Assembly (NCBI GenBank): GCA_965206405.1
Contig: CBDBJQ010000006.1
Span: 857,764-921,763, forward strand
Direction of reading: 5' to 3'
Origin: Alphaproteobacteria bacterium
GTDB taxonomy: Bacteria; Pseudomonadota; Alphaproteobacteria; UBA8366
Length of the DNA: 64,000 bases
The notes below the pieces were generated by a model. That model searched no databases. It had not been told where the DNA came from and saw only the letters and a program-made list of their open reading frames with translations. Positions within the stretch are counted from its first letter, which is position 1. Each line of letters starts with the position of its first letter. The position numbers and the translations under genes were made by a program. Positions 1 through 13,783 of the stretch are shown piece after piece.

Positions 1-67
1 CGTGCTGCAGGCACCGGCGGGCCAAATCGCAAGGCTGGCCTCTGCCTATGGCAGATCCGAGGCGTGA
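1..67 (+). CDS. rplJ: 50S ribosomal protein L10, 3' end only (gene starts upstream of the window)
   Basis: Frame 2 reads VLQAPAGQIARLASAYGRSEA then TGA at 65-67. It lies directly upstream of rplL as in the conserved rplJ-rplL pair. Only 21 codons are visible. Confidence 0.6.
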   Translation, partial: VLQAPAGQIARLASAYGRSEA

Positions 68-146
68 CACGGAACAGCGGATGCAGCCCGGCGTAAGGCC
101 GGATCCCAAAGGTTTCACACAGAACTAAAGCAGAGGTAATTCGGAA

Positions 147-530
147 ATGGCAGACCTGGAAAAAATTGTCGACGAGCTTTCCCAGCTCACCGTCATCGAG
201 GCGGCGGAACTGGCAACCCAGCTCGAGGAAAAATGGGGCGTTTCGGCGGCGGCTCCGGTCGCGGCGGTTGCCGCGGCACCTGACGGTGCTGACGGCGCGG
301 GCGCTGCGGCGGAGGAGAAGGATTCCTTCACCATCGTCCTCGCCGCCATCGGCGACAAGAAGATAAACGTCATCAAGGAGGTTCGGGCCTTGACAGGCCT
401 CGGGCTGAAAGAGGCGAAGGATCTTGTCGAAAGCGCACCGAAGTCGGTGAAAGAAGACGTCGCCAAGGACGAAGCCGAGGAGATCAAGACCAAGCTCGAG
501 GCTGTCGGGGCGACCGTCGAGCTACAGTAA
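147..530 (+). CDS. rplL: 50S ribosomal protein L7/L12
   Basis: 127-aa ORF with N-terminal helix [23 protein letters not shown], an Ala/Gly-rich hinge and a C-terminal domain [24 protein letters not shown]...[11 protein letters not shown]. Confidence 0.97.
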   Translation: MADLEKIVDELSQLTVIEAAELATQLEEKWGVSAAAPVAAVAAAPDGADGAGAAAEEKDSFTIVLAAIGDKKINVIKEVRALTGLGLKEAKDLVESAPKSVKEDVAKDEAEEIKTKLEAVGATVELQ

Positions 531-556
531 CGGGGTTTGGCCGGGATTGCGACGAT

Positions 557-578
557 GAGGGTGTCACCAGGCACCCTC
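557..578 (+). terminator. Stem-loop in the rplL-rpoB spacer (possible partial terminator or attenuator)
   Basis: GAGGGTG (557-563) pairs with CACCCTC (572-578) across an 8-nt loop. No U-tract follows. The position matches the known rplL-rpoB attenuator site in other bacteria. Confidence 0.25.
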
Positions 579-681
579 TCCCGCCGCACCCGGCCGGTGT
601 CGGTATTGGTATCGGTATGCAGTGCACCCAGGCGAGTTTGAAGACTCCACCGGGTTGCGTAACAGAAGCGAGGATTTGACT

Positions 682-4845
<4,164 letters not shown>

Positions 4846-4885
4846 CGGGAATCCGGCAACGGAATCCCGATCGGGAGAAAATGAT

Positions 4886-7800
4886 ATGAACGACGTCATG
4901 GACATCATGCACCATCCGTTTGGCCAACAGGTCGCGGTGCAGAACTTCGACGACATCCGCATTTCGATTGCGTCTCCCGACCAGATGCGGTCCTGGTCCT
5001 ACGGCGAGATCAAGAAGCCGGAAACCATCAATTACCGCACCTTCAAGCCGGAGCGCGACGGCCTGTTCTGCGCCCGCATCTTCGGTCCCATCAAGGACTA
5101 CGAGTGCCTGTGCGGAAAGTACAAGCGGATGAAATACCGCGGCATTTTCTGCGAGAAGTGCGGCGTCGAGGTGACCCTTTCCAAGGTGCGCCGCGAGCGT
5201 ATGGGACATATTGATCTGGCGGCGCCGGTCGCGCATATCTGGTTCCTGAAATCGTTGCCCAGCCGTGTTGGCCTCCTGCTCGACATGACTCTCAAGGATC
5301 TCGAACGGATTCTGTATTTCGAGAGCTACGTCGTCACCGATCCCGGCCTGACGGATCTGGAGATGCATCAGCTTCTCAATGATGAAGAGCATGCCAACGC
5401 TCTCGACGAGTACGGCGACGATACATTCACGGCCGGAATCGGCGCCGAAGCGCTGAGGGGCATGCTGTCCGAGCTCGACCTCGATTTTCAGCAGGAGAAG
5501 ATCCGCGAGGATCTCAAGAACACCAAGTCCGAGGCAAAGCGCAAAAAGCTGGTCAAGCGACTGAAGATGGTCGAGGCGTTCCGCAAGTCGAACACCCGGC
5601 CGGAGTGGATGATCATGGACGTCATGCCGGTGATTCCGCCGGAACTTCGTCCCCTGGTTCCACTCGACGGCGGCCGTTTTGCGACCTCTGACCTCAACGA
5701 TCTTTACCGGCGGGTGATCAACCGCAATAACAGGCTCAAGCGCCTGATCGAACTTCGTGCACCGGACATCATCGTCCGCAACGAAAAGCGGATGCTCCAG
5801 GAAGCGGTCGACGCGCTGCTCGACAACGGTCGGCGTGGCAGGATCATCACCGGCGCCAACAAACGGCCGCTGAAATCCCTCAGCGATATGCTGAAGGGCA
5901 AGCAGGGCCGCTTCCGCCAGAATCTCCTCGGCAAGCGCGTCGATTATTCGGGTCGTTCGGTGATCGTCGTCGGCCCCGACCTGCTTCTGCACCAGTGTGG
6001 CCTGCCGAAGAAGATGGCGCTCGAGTTGTTCAAGCCCTTCATCATGTCGAAGCTCCAGCTCTACGGCATCACGACCACCGTCAAGGCCTCGCGTAAAATG
6101 ATCGAAGAAGAGCGTTCCGAGGTTTGGGACATCCTCGAGGAGGTCATCCGCGAGCATCCGGTCCTACTCAACCGGGCGCCGACGCTCCACCGTCTCGGCA
6201 TCCAGGCGTTCGAGCCGGTGCTGATTGAAGGCAAGGCGATCCAGCTGCATCCGCTGGTCTGCGCTGCGTTCAATGCTGATTTCGACGGCGACCAGATGGC
6301 GGTCCACGTGCCTCTGTCGCCGGAAGCCCGGCTCGAGGCGCGCGTGCTGATGATGTCGACCAACAACATCCTCTCGCCGGCCAACGGCAAGCCGATCATC
6401 GTTCCCTCCCAGGACATCGTGCTCGGCCTCTACTATCTTAGCTACGAGCAGGTCGATGGTAACCGGCCGGTGGTCGAATTCGACAATATCGAGGTGATCG
6501 AGGCCGCATTGACTAGCCACAACGTCATTTTGGTCGATCCCAAACACCCCCATGTCGAGGTCGTCGAGGACAGTGCTGAAAAGGCCCTGAAGGCCATTAA
6601 ATCCGGGAATCTGCGGGCGATCCGGGTGCCGAGCTACGGCTCGCGCGGCGAGATCGATCACGCGATCGCCACCGGAGAGGTTTCGCTGCATACGCGCATA
6701 CGCGCCCGCCGCCAATCCATCGACAACAAGGGGCAGGCCACGGTGGAGACCGTAACCACCACGCCCGGCCGGATGTACCTGGCTGCCCTGCTGCCGGAGA
6801 GTTCGGAGATTCCTTTTGATCTTGTCAACCGGCTTCTCACTAAGCGCGAGATCGGATCCCTGATCGACGAGGTTTACCGCCATTGCGGCCAGAAGGAAAC
6901 CTGCATTTTCGCCGACCAGATGATGCAGATGGGCTTCCACTACGCGACCCAGGCCGGCATATCCTTCGGCAAGGACGATTTGCTTGTCCCTGAGGCCAAG
7001 GGCGATCTGATCGCCAAGGCTCGCGAGGAGGTCAACCTCTATGAGCAGCAGTATATCGACGGGCTAATCACAAAGGGCGAGAAGTACAACAAGGTCATCG
7101 ATGTCTGGTCGACCTGCAGCGACGCTGTCGCCGACGAGATGATGCGCACCATATCCGGCAGCCAGGGCGGGCGGGTCAATTCCGTCTACATGATGGCGCA
7201 TTCCGGAGCCCGGGGGTCGCCCGCGCAGATCAAGCAGCTCGCCGGGATGCGGGGCCTCATGGCCAAGCCGTCGGGAGATATCATTGATACCCCGATCATC
7301 TCCAATTTCAAGGAAGGACTGAACGTCCTCGAGTACTTCAACTCGACCCACGGCGCCCGCAAGGGTCTCGCGGATACGGCGCTCAAGACTGCCAATTCGG
7401 GCTATCTGACCCGGCGTCTGGTCGACGTAGCCCAGGACGCGATCATCATTGAGCAGAACTGCAAGACCAAGAAAGGCTTGGAGGTGAGCACCATCATCGA
7501 CGGTGCCGAAGTCACCGAAAGCCTGTCGGAAAGGCTCATCGGCCGGTTTGCGCTCAACGACATCGTCGACCCGCTGTCCGGGGATCGTATCGTCAAGCGA
7601 AACACGATGATCGAGGAGGTCAAGGCCGAGGCGATCGAACGTGCCGGAATCGACACGGTGAAGGTGCGCTCGCCTCTGACCTGTGAGAGCAGCCGGGGTC
7701 TCTGTGCCTACTGTTATGGGCGCGATCTGGCCCGCGGAACCCTGGTCAACATCGGTGAGGCGGTCGGCGTGATTGCGGCGCAGTCGATCGGCGAGCCGGG

Positions 7801-9283
7801 AACGCAGCTCACCATGCGAACCTTCCATATCGGTGGTGCTGCCCAGCGCGGTGCCGAGCAGTCCTCGATCGAGGCATCTCTCGACGGGATGGTTGTGCTT
7901 CGGAATCTCAACGTGGTCAAAAATTCAAGAGGCCGCTCCGTCGTTGTGAGCCGTAACTGCGTCCTTGTTCTTGTTGATGAGACAGGCAGGGAGCGTGCGC
8001 GCCACAATTTGCGCTACGGCACCAGGCTACATGTCGAGGAAGGCGCGCAGGTGGCTCGCGGCACGGCTCTTGCCGACTGGGATCCCTACACGATTCCGAT
8101 CATCTCGGGCGTTGATGGCACCGCCCAGTACGTCGATCTGGTCGACGGTGTGTCGCTGAACAATGTCGAGGACGAGACGACCGGCCTGTCGACGAACGTG
8201 GTCGTCGACTGGAAACAGCAGTCGAAGGCCGAGGTGTTCAGGCCGCAGGTCGTGATCACCGACGATAAGGGCGAGCCGATCAATCTCGCCAACGGCAACG
8301 AGGCGCGTTACGCCATGTCGGTCGGCGCCATCATCTCGGTCCAGAACGGGCAGAAGATCAAGACCGGCGACGCCATTGCTCGGATTCCGCTCGATACCTC
8401 CAAGACCCACGATATCACGGGCGGTCTGCCCCGGGTTGCGGAGCTGTTCGAGGCCCGGCGGCCGAAGGATTACGCCATCATCAGCGAGATCGACGGTCGC
8501 GTTAAGTTCGGTAAGGACTATAAGGGCAAGCAGCGGATCATTGTTGTGCCTGAGGGAGAGGACGAGGAGAAGGAGTACCTAATTCCCAAAGGCAAGCAGA
8601 TCACCGTGCAGGAGGGCGAGCCCGTCCAGCGCGGCGACATGCTGGTGACCGGCAACCAGGTGCCGCATGATATTCTCGAGATTCTCGGTGTCGAGGCACT
8701 GGCGCATTACCTGATCAAGGAGATCCAGGACGTCTACCGCCTGCAGGGCGTTGCCATCAACGACAAGCATATCGAGGTGATGATCCGACAGATGCTCCAG
8801 AAAGTGGAGATCATTGATCCGGGTTCGACGTTCCTTCTGGCCGGCGAACAGGTCGATCTGAGCGAGCTTGAGGACGCTCAGCAGAAGATCCCGGGCAAAC
8901 GCACCCGCCTGCCCAAGTACCGGCCGGTACTCCAAGGGATCACCAAGGCGGCGCTACAGACGCGATCGTTCATCTCCGCGGCATCCTTCCAGGAAACGAC
9001 ACGGGTTCTCACCGAAGCCGCAGTCAACGGCCGCCTGGATCGTCTCCGGGGTCTCAAGGAGAACGTCATTGTCGGGCGCCTGATCCCTGCCGGCACCGGC
9101 AGCTACCTCAACGAGCTCCGAGGCTTGGCCGGCGAGCGTGACCGGGAGATCCAGCAGAAGCTGGACGAGGCAGAGAAGCTCGCGGCAGCAGAAGCCGAGG
9201 CTCTTGAGGCTGAGGCGGAATATGGCGGGGAGGCCACCAGCCGCGTTTTGCCGGAAAACCGGGAAACGCCAAGCACCCCCTGA
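4886..9283 (+). CDS. rpoC: DNA-directed RNA polymerase subunit beta-prime
   Basis: 1465-aa ORF with the zinc motif [20 protein letters not shown], the catalytic [16 protein letters not shown] and [14 protein letters not shown]. It follows rpoB after 40 nt. Confidence 0.98.
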   Translation: MNDVMDIMHHPFGQQVAVQNFDDIRISIASPDQMRSWSYGEIKKPETINYRTFKPERDGLFCARIFGPIKDYECLCGKYKRMKYRGIFCEKCGVEVTLSKVRRERMGHIDLAAPVAHIWFLKSLPSRVGLLLDMTLKDLERILYFESYVVTDPGLTDLEMHQLLNDEEHANALDEYGDDTFTAGIGAEALRGMLSELDLDFQQEKIREDLKNTKSEAKRKKLVKRLKMVEAFRKSNTRPEWMIMDVMPVIPPELRPLVPLDGGRFATSDLNDLYRRVINRNNRLKRLIELRAPDIIVRNEKRMLQEAVDALLDNGRRGRIITGANKRPLKSLSDMLKGKQGRFRQNLLGKRVDYSGRSVIVVGPDLLLHQCGLPKKMALELFKPFIMSKLQLYGITTTVKASRKMIEEERSEVWDILEEVIREHPVLLNRAPTLHRLGIQAFEPVLIEGKAIQLHPLVCAAFNADFDGDQMAVHVPLSPEARLEARVLMMSTNNILSPANGKPIIVPSQDIVLGLYYLSYEQVDGNRPVVEFDNIEVIEAALTSHNVILVDPKHPHVEVVEDSAEKALKAIKSGNLRAIRVPSYGSRGEIDHAIATGEVSLHTRIRARRQSIDNKGQATVETVTTTPGRMYLAALLPESSEIPFDLVNRLLTKREIGSLIDEVYRHCGQKETCIFADQMMQMGFHYATQAGISFGKDDLLVPEAKGDLIAKAREEVNLYEQQYIDGLITKGEKYNKVIDVWSTCSDAVADEMMRTISGSQGGRVNSVYMMAHSGARGSPAQIKQLAGMRGLMAKPSGDIIDTPIISNFKEGLNVLEYFNSTHGARKGLADTALKTANSGYLTRRLVDVAQDAIIIEQNCKTKKGLEVSTIIDGAEVTESLSERLIGRFALNDIVDPLSGDRIVKRNTMIEEVKAEAIERAGIDTVKVRSPLTCESSRGLCAYCYGRDLARGTLVNIGEAVGVIAAQSIGEPGTQLTMRTFHIGGAAQRGAEQSSIEASLDGMVVLRNLNVVKNSRGRSVVVSRNCVLVLVDETGRERARHNLRYGTRLHVEEGAQVARGTALADWDPYTIPIISGVDGTAQYVDLVDGVSLNNVEDETTGLSTNVVVDWKQQSKAEVFRPQVVITDDKGEPINLANGNEARYAMSVGAIISVQNGQKIKTGDAIARIPLDTSKTHDITGGLPRVAELFEARRPKDYAIISEIDGRVKFGKDYKGKQRIIVVPEGEDEEKEYLIPKGKQITVQEGEPVQRGDMLVTGNQVPHDILEILGVEALAHYLIKEIQDVYRLQGVAINDKHIEVMIRQMLQKVEIIDPGSTFLLAGEQVDLSELEDAQQKIPGKRTRLPKYRPVLQGITKAALQTRSFISAASFQETTRVLTEAAVNGRLDRLRGLKENVIVGRLIPAGTGSYLNELRGLAGERDREIQQKLDEAEKLAAAEAEALEAEAEYGGEATSRVLPENRETPSTP

Positions 9284-9310
9284 TCAGGCACACCCTGACC
9301 CGGAAAGCGC

Positions 9311-9339
9311 CCGGCGCGCCCTGATCGAGGGCGCGTCGG
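9311..9339 (+). terminator. GC-rich hairpin 28 nt after the rpoC stop (candidate terminator, weak U-tract)
   Basis: CCGGCGCGCCC (9311-9321) pairs with GGGCGCGTCGG (9329-9339): 11 bp including one G-U, with a 7-nt loop. The downstream sequence is pyrimidine-rich but not a clean T-run. Confidence 0.3.
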
Positions 9340-9497
9340 TGCCTGCCCTGTGTTCTGCCCTGCCTGATTTTCGCCAAAGCATTCCGGTATGCGCCCGGGA
9401 ATGCGTTCCGGGGCACGCTCCCGGTTGCCTTCCCTGGTGTGAACGCGAATGACGACCTGTCCGTATCGGGCGTTCAGGATAATCTGTGCCGGAATCA

Positions 9498-10448
9498 TCA
9501 TTCGCTGATCGCCCTCGTTGCGGAATCAGATCGCCCCGGTAATTGGCGGCCGTTGGCGTTGCTTTTCGCTGTATCCGGAAGCTCGCTCGAATAGAGACGA
9601 GTAGCGTCGGGCCGGGTCGCATTGTTTGGGCCGCCCCGGGCCGCACTATCTTTCTTGTCCCAGCGCAGATGCTCGAGGATTGCCCCTCCTTCATCGGCCA
9701 GCATGACATCGTTCCGGCGCTTGCCATCAAACAGCCGGATCAGGGAGGGGCAGCTGCCATCGCGGTTCAGGGCGCGTCCGATCGAGAGGATAGCGCCGGC
9801 AGGATCAATGACTTCACGCCTCTATGCCATGGAAAGCGGGGAAGCGGGGTCGTCGGAAGGCGGCAGGGTTATGACCCGGGCAAAGCCTTTTTCAAAACGA
9901 ATCGTCCGGGTCCGGACGCCGCGGCGACGGCTGCGCCGGGATTCATACGAAGCGGGGCGGATTTCAGGGCAATCCAGCACCGAAAAGGCGCCTTCCGCCT
10001 CGATCTCGTAGCGCCAGCGCGCAAACAGATCGATTTCCCCGATTATCCGCGCAGCGAGCCTGATATGGTAACCTTTGCCATCCAGAAGAATCGCTCCGCG
10101 CGCCTTGCCGATCGGCAGACCCGCCCAATGCCCGACCACCTCGATAGTCCAGGAGGCCAGGGTGACGACAGGGGCGACGGAGGCGACGGAGGCGACGGAG
10201 GCGACGGAGGCGATCTCGGCACTGACGGTTGCCAGCATGGTGGCCGGAATCGCCGGCGCGGCCCCCTCCAATATCGCCCACGGCATACCCAAGATCACCA
10301 GATCGGAAACCGGCCGGGGATTGCAGGCTTTTCGTATTGCCTCGTGATCCGTGGCGCCACTGTGGGTTATCCCGGATTTTCGAAGGTCGGCGAGGATAGC
10401 ATAAGCCCCCGGAACCGCCTCCGAGAAACTATCCTGGGAGACCCTTCG
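9498..10448 (-). pseudogene. Antisense degenerate ORF (orfX) in the rpoC-rpsL spacer, with an in-frame TAG and no canonical start; family unassigned
   Basis: The minus frame reads ...RRVSQDSFSEAVPGAYAILADLRKSGITHSGATDHEAIRKACNPRPVSDLVILGMPWAILEG...GYHIRLAARIIGEIDLFARWRYEIEAEG...LSMA, then TAG (9822-9824), then continues RREVIDPAGAILSIGRALNRDGSCPSLIRLFDGKRRNDVMLADEGG... to TGA at 9498. No ATG/GTG/TTG precedes the protein-like N-terminal part; the first in-frame start codons are the GTG/TTG/ATG of DLVILGM at about 10284-10298. The 5' boundary is approximate. Confidence 0.45.
10173..10214. repeat. 9-bp tandem repeat GGCGACGGA, 4 perfect copies plus a partial copy
   Basis: Read directly: ggcgacgga at 10173, 10182, 10191 and 10200, then ggcgat. 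It is in frame with orfX (minus strand: SVA SVA SVA SVA). Confidence 0.95.
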
Positions 10449-10511
10449 GGAGGTTTCTCGAAGCCTCCCTGAAAGGTCGATTTTTCCTGCATTTATGGTG
10501 TGGATTCGGGG

Positions 10512-10540
10512 TTGACGGAAATCGTCGTCATCCCTATTAT
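10512..10540 (+). promoter_or_regulatory. Sigma70-like promoter candidate for the str operon (rpsL-rpsG-fusA-tuf)
   Basis: TTGACG (10512-10517), a 17-nt spacer, then TATTAT (10535-10540). This is about 255 nt upstream of the rpsL ATG. Confidence 0.4.
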
Positions 10541-10794
10541 CCCCCGGCTTTAATGCGGTGAGGACTGGCTGTAGGCGCTGATGGCCCTGTTGCTGTCGGG
10601 GCAGACCTAGACGTAGTCCGGCCAAACCAGACGCAGAGTGCGGTTTTTGCAGGCCGCAATTATTAAGTTTTCGGGATTCTGGGGTGTGGGTTGTTGCCCT
10701 GTCCGGGTCTCTCGTTGATGCTTGTTGCATCCTCGACTGACGGTGATTCCGTAGCGCGGATGCAGGGGAACAGACAGGGATTCGGAGACGTTTG

Positions 10795-11166
10795 ATGCCG
10801 ACGGTCAACCAGTTGGTCCGCAAGGGACGCAAAAACAAACCGGCTCGCAACAAGGTCCCGGCGCTGAATGCCTGCCCGCAAAAACGGGGTGTCTGCACGC
10901 GCGTCTACACCACGACCCCCAAAAAGCCGAACTCGGCTCTGCGCAAAGTCGCCCGTGTCCGTCTGACTAACGGCTTCGAGGTGACGAGCTACATTCCCGG
11001 TGAGGGGCATAACTTGCAGGAGCATTCGGTTGTCCTGATCCGCGGTGGCCGCGTCAAGGATCTGCCGGGCGTCCGCTATCACATCATTCGCGGCACCCTG
11101 GACACACAAGGTGTCGATGACCGCCGCCAGCGTCGTTCTAAATACGGCGCCAAACGGCCGCGCTAG
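10795..11166 (+). CDS. rpsL: 30S ribosomal protein S12
   Basis: 123 aa from ATG 10795 (the ORF-track TTG at 10792 adds one codon). Reads [12 protein letters not shown]...[36 protein letters not shown]. Confidence 0.97.
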   Translation: MPTVNQLVRKGRKNKPARNKVPALNACPQKRGVCTRVYTTTPKKPNSALRKVARVRLTNGFEVTSYIPGEGHNLQEHSVVLIRGGRVKDLPGVRYHIIRGTLDTQGVDDRRQRRSKYGAKRPR

Positions 11167-11183
11167 GTCCGGGGGAAGATTCA

Positions 11184-11654
11184 ATGTCGCGACGTCGCCG
11201 TGCAGCCAAGAGAGATCTTCTTCCTGATGCTAAGTTCGGGGACGTTGTGCTGAGCAAGTTCATCAACAGTGTGATGCGCGATGGCAAGAAGTCGGTTGCC
11301 GAGCGCATCGTTTACGGTGCTCTCGACCAGATCAGCGCGCGAAACAGCGGCGATGTCGTAAGGCTGTTTCATGATGCGATCGAGAACGTCAAACCGGAGC
11401 TTGAGGTGCGATCCCGCCGTGTCGGCGGTGCCACTTACCAGGTTCCGGTGGCCGTTCGTGCCGAGCGGGCCCAGGCTCTCGCCTTCCGATGGCTCATCCA
11501 GATAGCGCGAAGTCGGTCTGAGAACACCATGACCGAGCGGCTTTCCGCAGAGCTCATGGATGCGGCCGGCAACAAGGGTGGGGCGGTCAAGAAACGGGAA
11601 GACACGCACCGAATGGCCGAGGCCAACCGGGCCTTTTCCCACTATCGCTGGTAA
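11184..11654 (+). CDS. rpsG: 30S ribosomal protein S7
   Basis: 156 aa: [19 protein letters not shown]...[17 protein letters not shown]... It lies 17 nt after rpsL. Confidence 0.97.
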   Translation: MSRRRRAAKRDLLPDAKFGDVVLSKFINSVMRDGKKSVAERIVYGALDQISARNSGDVVRLFHDAIENVKPELEVRSRRVGGATYQVPVAVRAERAQALAFRWLIQIARSRSENTMTERLSAELMDAAGNKGGAVKKREDTHRMAEANRAFSHYRW

Positions 11655-11677
11655 CGCCAGCACCTAAGGTATTCCCA

Positions 11678-13756
11678 ATGTCTTCTCGCACCCCCATCGC
11701 TCACTGCCGCAATATCGGGATCATGGCCCATATCGACGCGGGCAAGACGACGACGACAGAGCGAATCCTCTATTACACCGGGCGGTCCCACAAGATCGGC
11801 GAGGTCCATGAGGGCAACGCCACTATGGATTGGATGGAGCAGGAGCAGGAACGCGGCATCACGATTACCTCGGCCGCGACAACCTGCAGCTGGCTCGATC
11901 ATCGTATCAACATCATCGACACGCCGGGCCATGTCGACTTCACTATTGAGGTCGAGCGCAGCCTGCGTGTTCTCGACGGTGCGGTCGCCGTTTTCGACAG
12001 CGTTGCCGGGGTCGAGCCGCAATCCGAAACCGTGTGGCGGCAGGCCGACAAGTACAACGTGCCGCGTCTATGTTTCGTCAACAAGATGGACCGGATGGGC
12101 GCCGATTTCTTCCGCTGTGTCGGAATGCTGTCCGATCGGCTTGGCGCCGTTCCCCTGACCCTTCAACTGCCGCTTGGCGCGGAAGCCGACTTCGTCGGCA
12201 TCGTCGATCTCGTCGCCATGAAGGCGGTGATCTGGAAGGACGAAACCCTCGGCGCCGAGTTCGAAATCACCGATATTCCCGATGATATGGCCGCCCAGGC
12301 GGCCGAGTATCGCAAGAAGCTGGTCGAGACGGCGGTCGAACAGGACGACACCGCGATGGAGGCCTATCTCGAAGGCGGCAATATCGACGAAAAAACCCTG
12401 CATGACTGTATCCGCAAGGGCACCGTTGCCGGCGCCTTCGTGCCGGTCCTGCTCGGATCGGCTTTCAAGAACAAGGGTATCCAGCCCCTGCTCGACGCCG
12501 TAGTGCACTACCTGCCCTCGCCGGACGAGGTCGGCAGCGTGATCGGGATTTCCGGTGGCGCCGACGCCGAGCCGGAAGAGCGCGAAAGCCGCGATGACGC
12601 GCCGTTTTCGGCCCTCGCTTTCAAGATCATGAACGACTCCTATGTCGGTTCGCTGACCTATGTCCGGATCTATTCGGGAACCGTGAAATCTGGTGACCAG
12701 CTCGTGAATGCGGGCAAGCGCAATCGCGAAAGGGTCGGCCGCATGTTGCTCATGCATGCCAACCATCGCGAGGATATCAAGGAGGCTCATGCCGGCGATA
12801 TCGTCGCGGTAGCAGGCCTGAAATCGACGACGACGGGCGACACGCTGTGCGATCCGCAGAAACCAATCATCCTCGAAAAGATGGAGTTTCCGGATCCGGT
12901 GATCGAAATCGCGGTCGAGCCGAAGACCAAGGCTGACCATGACAAGATGTCGACGGCTCTGCAGCGCCTCGCGGCGGAGGATCCAAGCTTCAGGATCGCC
13001 AATGACCCCGAGAGCGGACAGACCGTCATCAAGGGGATGGGCGAACTGCATCTCGAGATTCTCGTCGACCGAATGAAGCGGGAATTCAACGTCGCCGCCA
13101 ATGTCGGGGCTCCGCAGGTCGCCTATCGGGAGACCATCACGCGTCCGACATCGATTGACTACACGCACAAGAAACAGACTGGCGGCGCAGGCCAGTTCGC
13201 CCGCGTCGAAATGGAGTTCGAGCCTGGCGATGTGGGCTCCGGTGTTGTGTTCGATAGCAAGGTCGTCGGCGGCTCGGTGCCGCGTGAGTTCATTCCGGGA
13301 GTCGAGAAGGGAATGCGGGCGGCGAGCGAAACCGGCATTCTGGTCGGCTTCCCGATGATCGACTTCAGCTGCCGCCTCGTTGACGGTGCGTCGCACGATG
13401 TCGACTCCTCTGTCATGGCTTTCGAGATCGCGTCCCGTGCAGCTTTCCGGGAGGCGATGCAGAAGGCCGGACCGGTGCTTCTCGAGCCGATGATGGAAGT
13501 CGAGGTGGTGACCCCCGAAGAATACATGGGTGACATCATCGGCGATCTGAACAGCCGGCGCGGCAACGTGACCAGCATGGACCAGAGCGGCAACGGGCGC
13601 ATCGTCAAGGCCCAGGTGCCGCTAGCTAACATGTTCGGCTATATCAACACCTTGCGTTCATCCAGTCAGGGGCGGGCGCAGTTCACCATGCAGTTCGACC
13701 ACTACGCGAAAGTACCTCAGGCAATTGCCGAGGAACTGCGCGAGAATCTCGCGTAA
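11678..13756 (+). CDS. fusA: Translation elongation factor G
   Basis: 692 aa with GTPase motifs [28 protein letters not shown] and NKMD. Canonical position after rpsG. Confidence 0.98.
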   Translation: MSSRTPIAHCRNIGIMAHIDAGKTTTTERILYYTGRSHKIGEVHEGNATMDWMEQEQERGITITSAATTCSWLDHRINIIDTPGHVDFTIEVERSLRVLDGAVAVFDSVAGVEPQSETVWRQADKYNVPRLCFVNKMDRMGADFFRCVGMLSDRLGAVPLTLQLPLGAEADFVGIVDLVAMKAVIWKDETLGAEFEITDIPDDMAAQAAEYRKKLVETAVEQDDTAMEAYLEGGNIDEKTLHDCIRKGTVAGAFVPVLLGSAFKNKGIQPLLDAVVHYLPSPDEVGSVIGISGGADAEPEERESRDDAPFSALAFKIMNDSYVGSLTYVRIYSGTVKSGDQLVNAGKRNRERVGRMLLMHANHREDIKEAHAGDIVAVAGLKSTTTGDTLCDPQKPIILEKMEFPDPVIEIAVEPKTKADHDKMSTALQRLAAEDPSFRIANDPESGQTVIKGMGELHLEILVDRMKREFNVAANVGAPQVAYRETITRPTSIDYTHKKQTGGAGQFARVEMEFEPGDVGSGVVFDSKVVGGSVPREFIPGVEKGMRAASETGILVGFPMIDFSCRLVDGASHDVDSSVMAFEIASRAAFREAMQKAGPVLLEPMMEVEVVTPEEYMGDIIGDLNSRRGNVTSMDQSGNGRIVKAQVPLANMFGYINTLRSSSQGRAQFTMQFDHYAKVPQAIAEELRENLA

Positions 13757-13783
13757 CCAGTTCAATTATCCGGAGTTGAGGGT

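Noticed and set aside
9543-10472. Uninterrupted 309-aa + strand ORF in the rpoC-rpsL spacer, containing a (GDG)n repeat.
   Set aside because: It is the codon-phased mirror of the minus-strand frame. Its position-1 base usage is less gene-like, with roughly equal G and C where the minus frame is strongly G-rich. Its translation (e.g. RGPLQYRPRHTQDHQIGNRPG) looks non-protein-like. It is kept as a caveat because it has no stop, so the strand assignment of orfX should be checked computationally.
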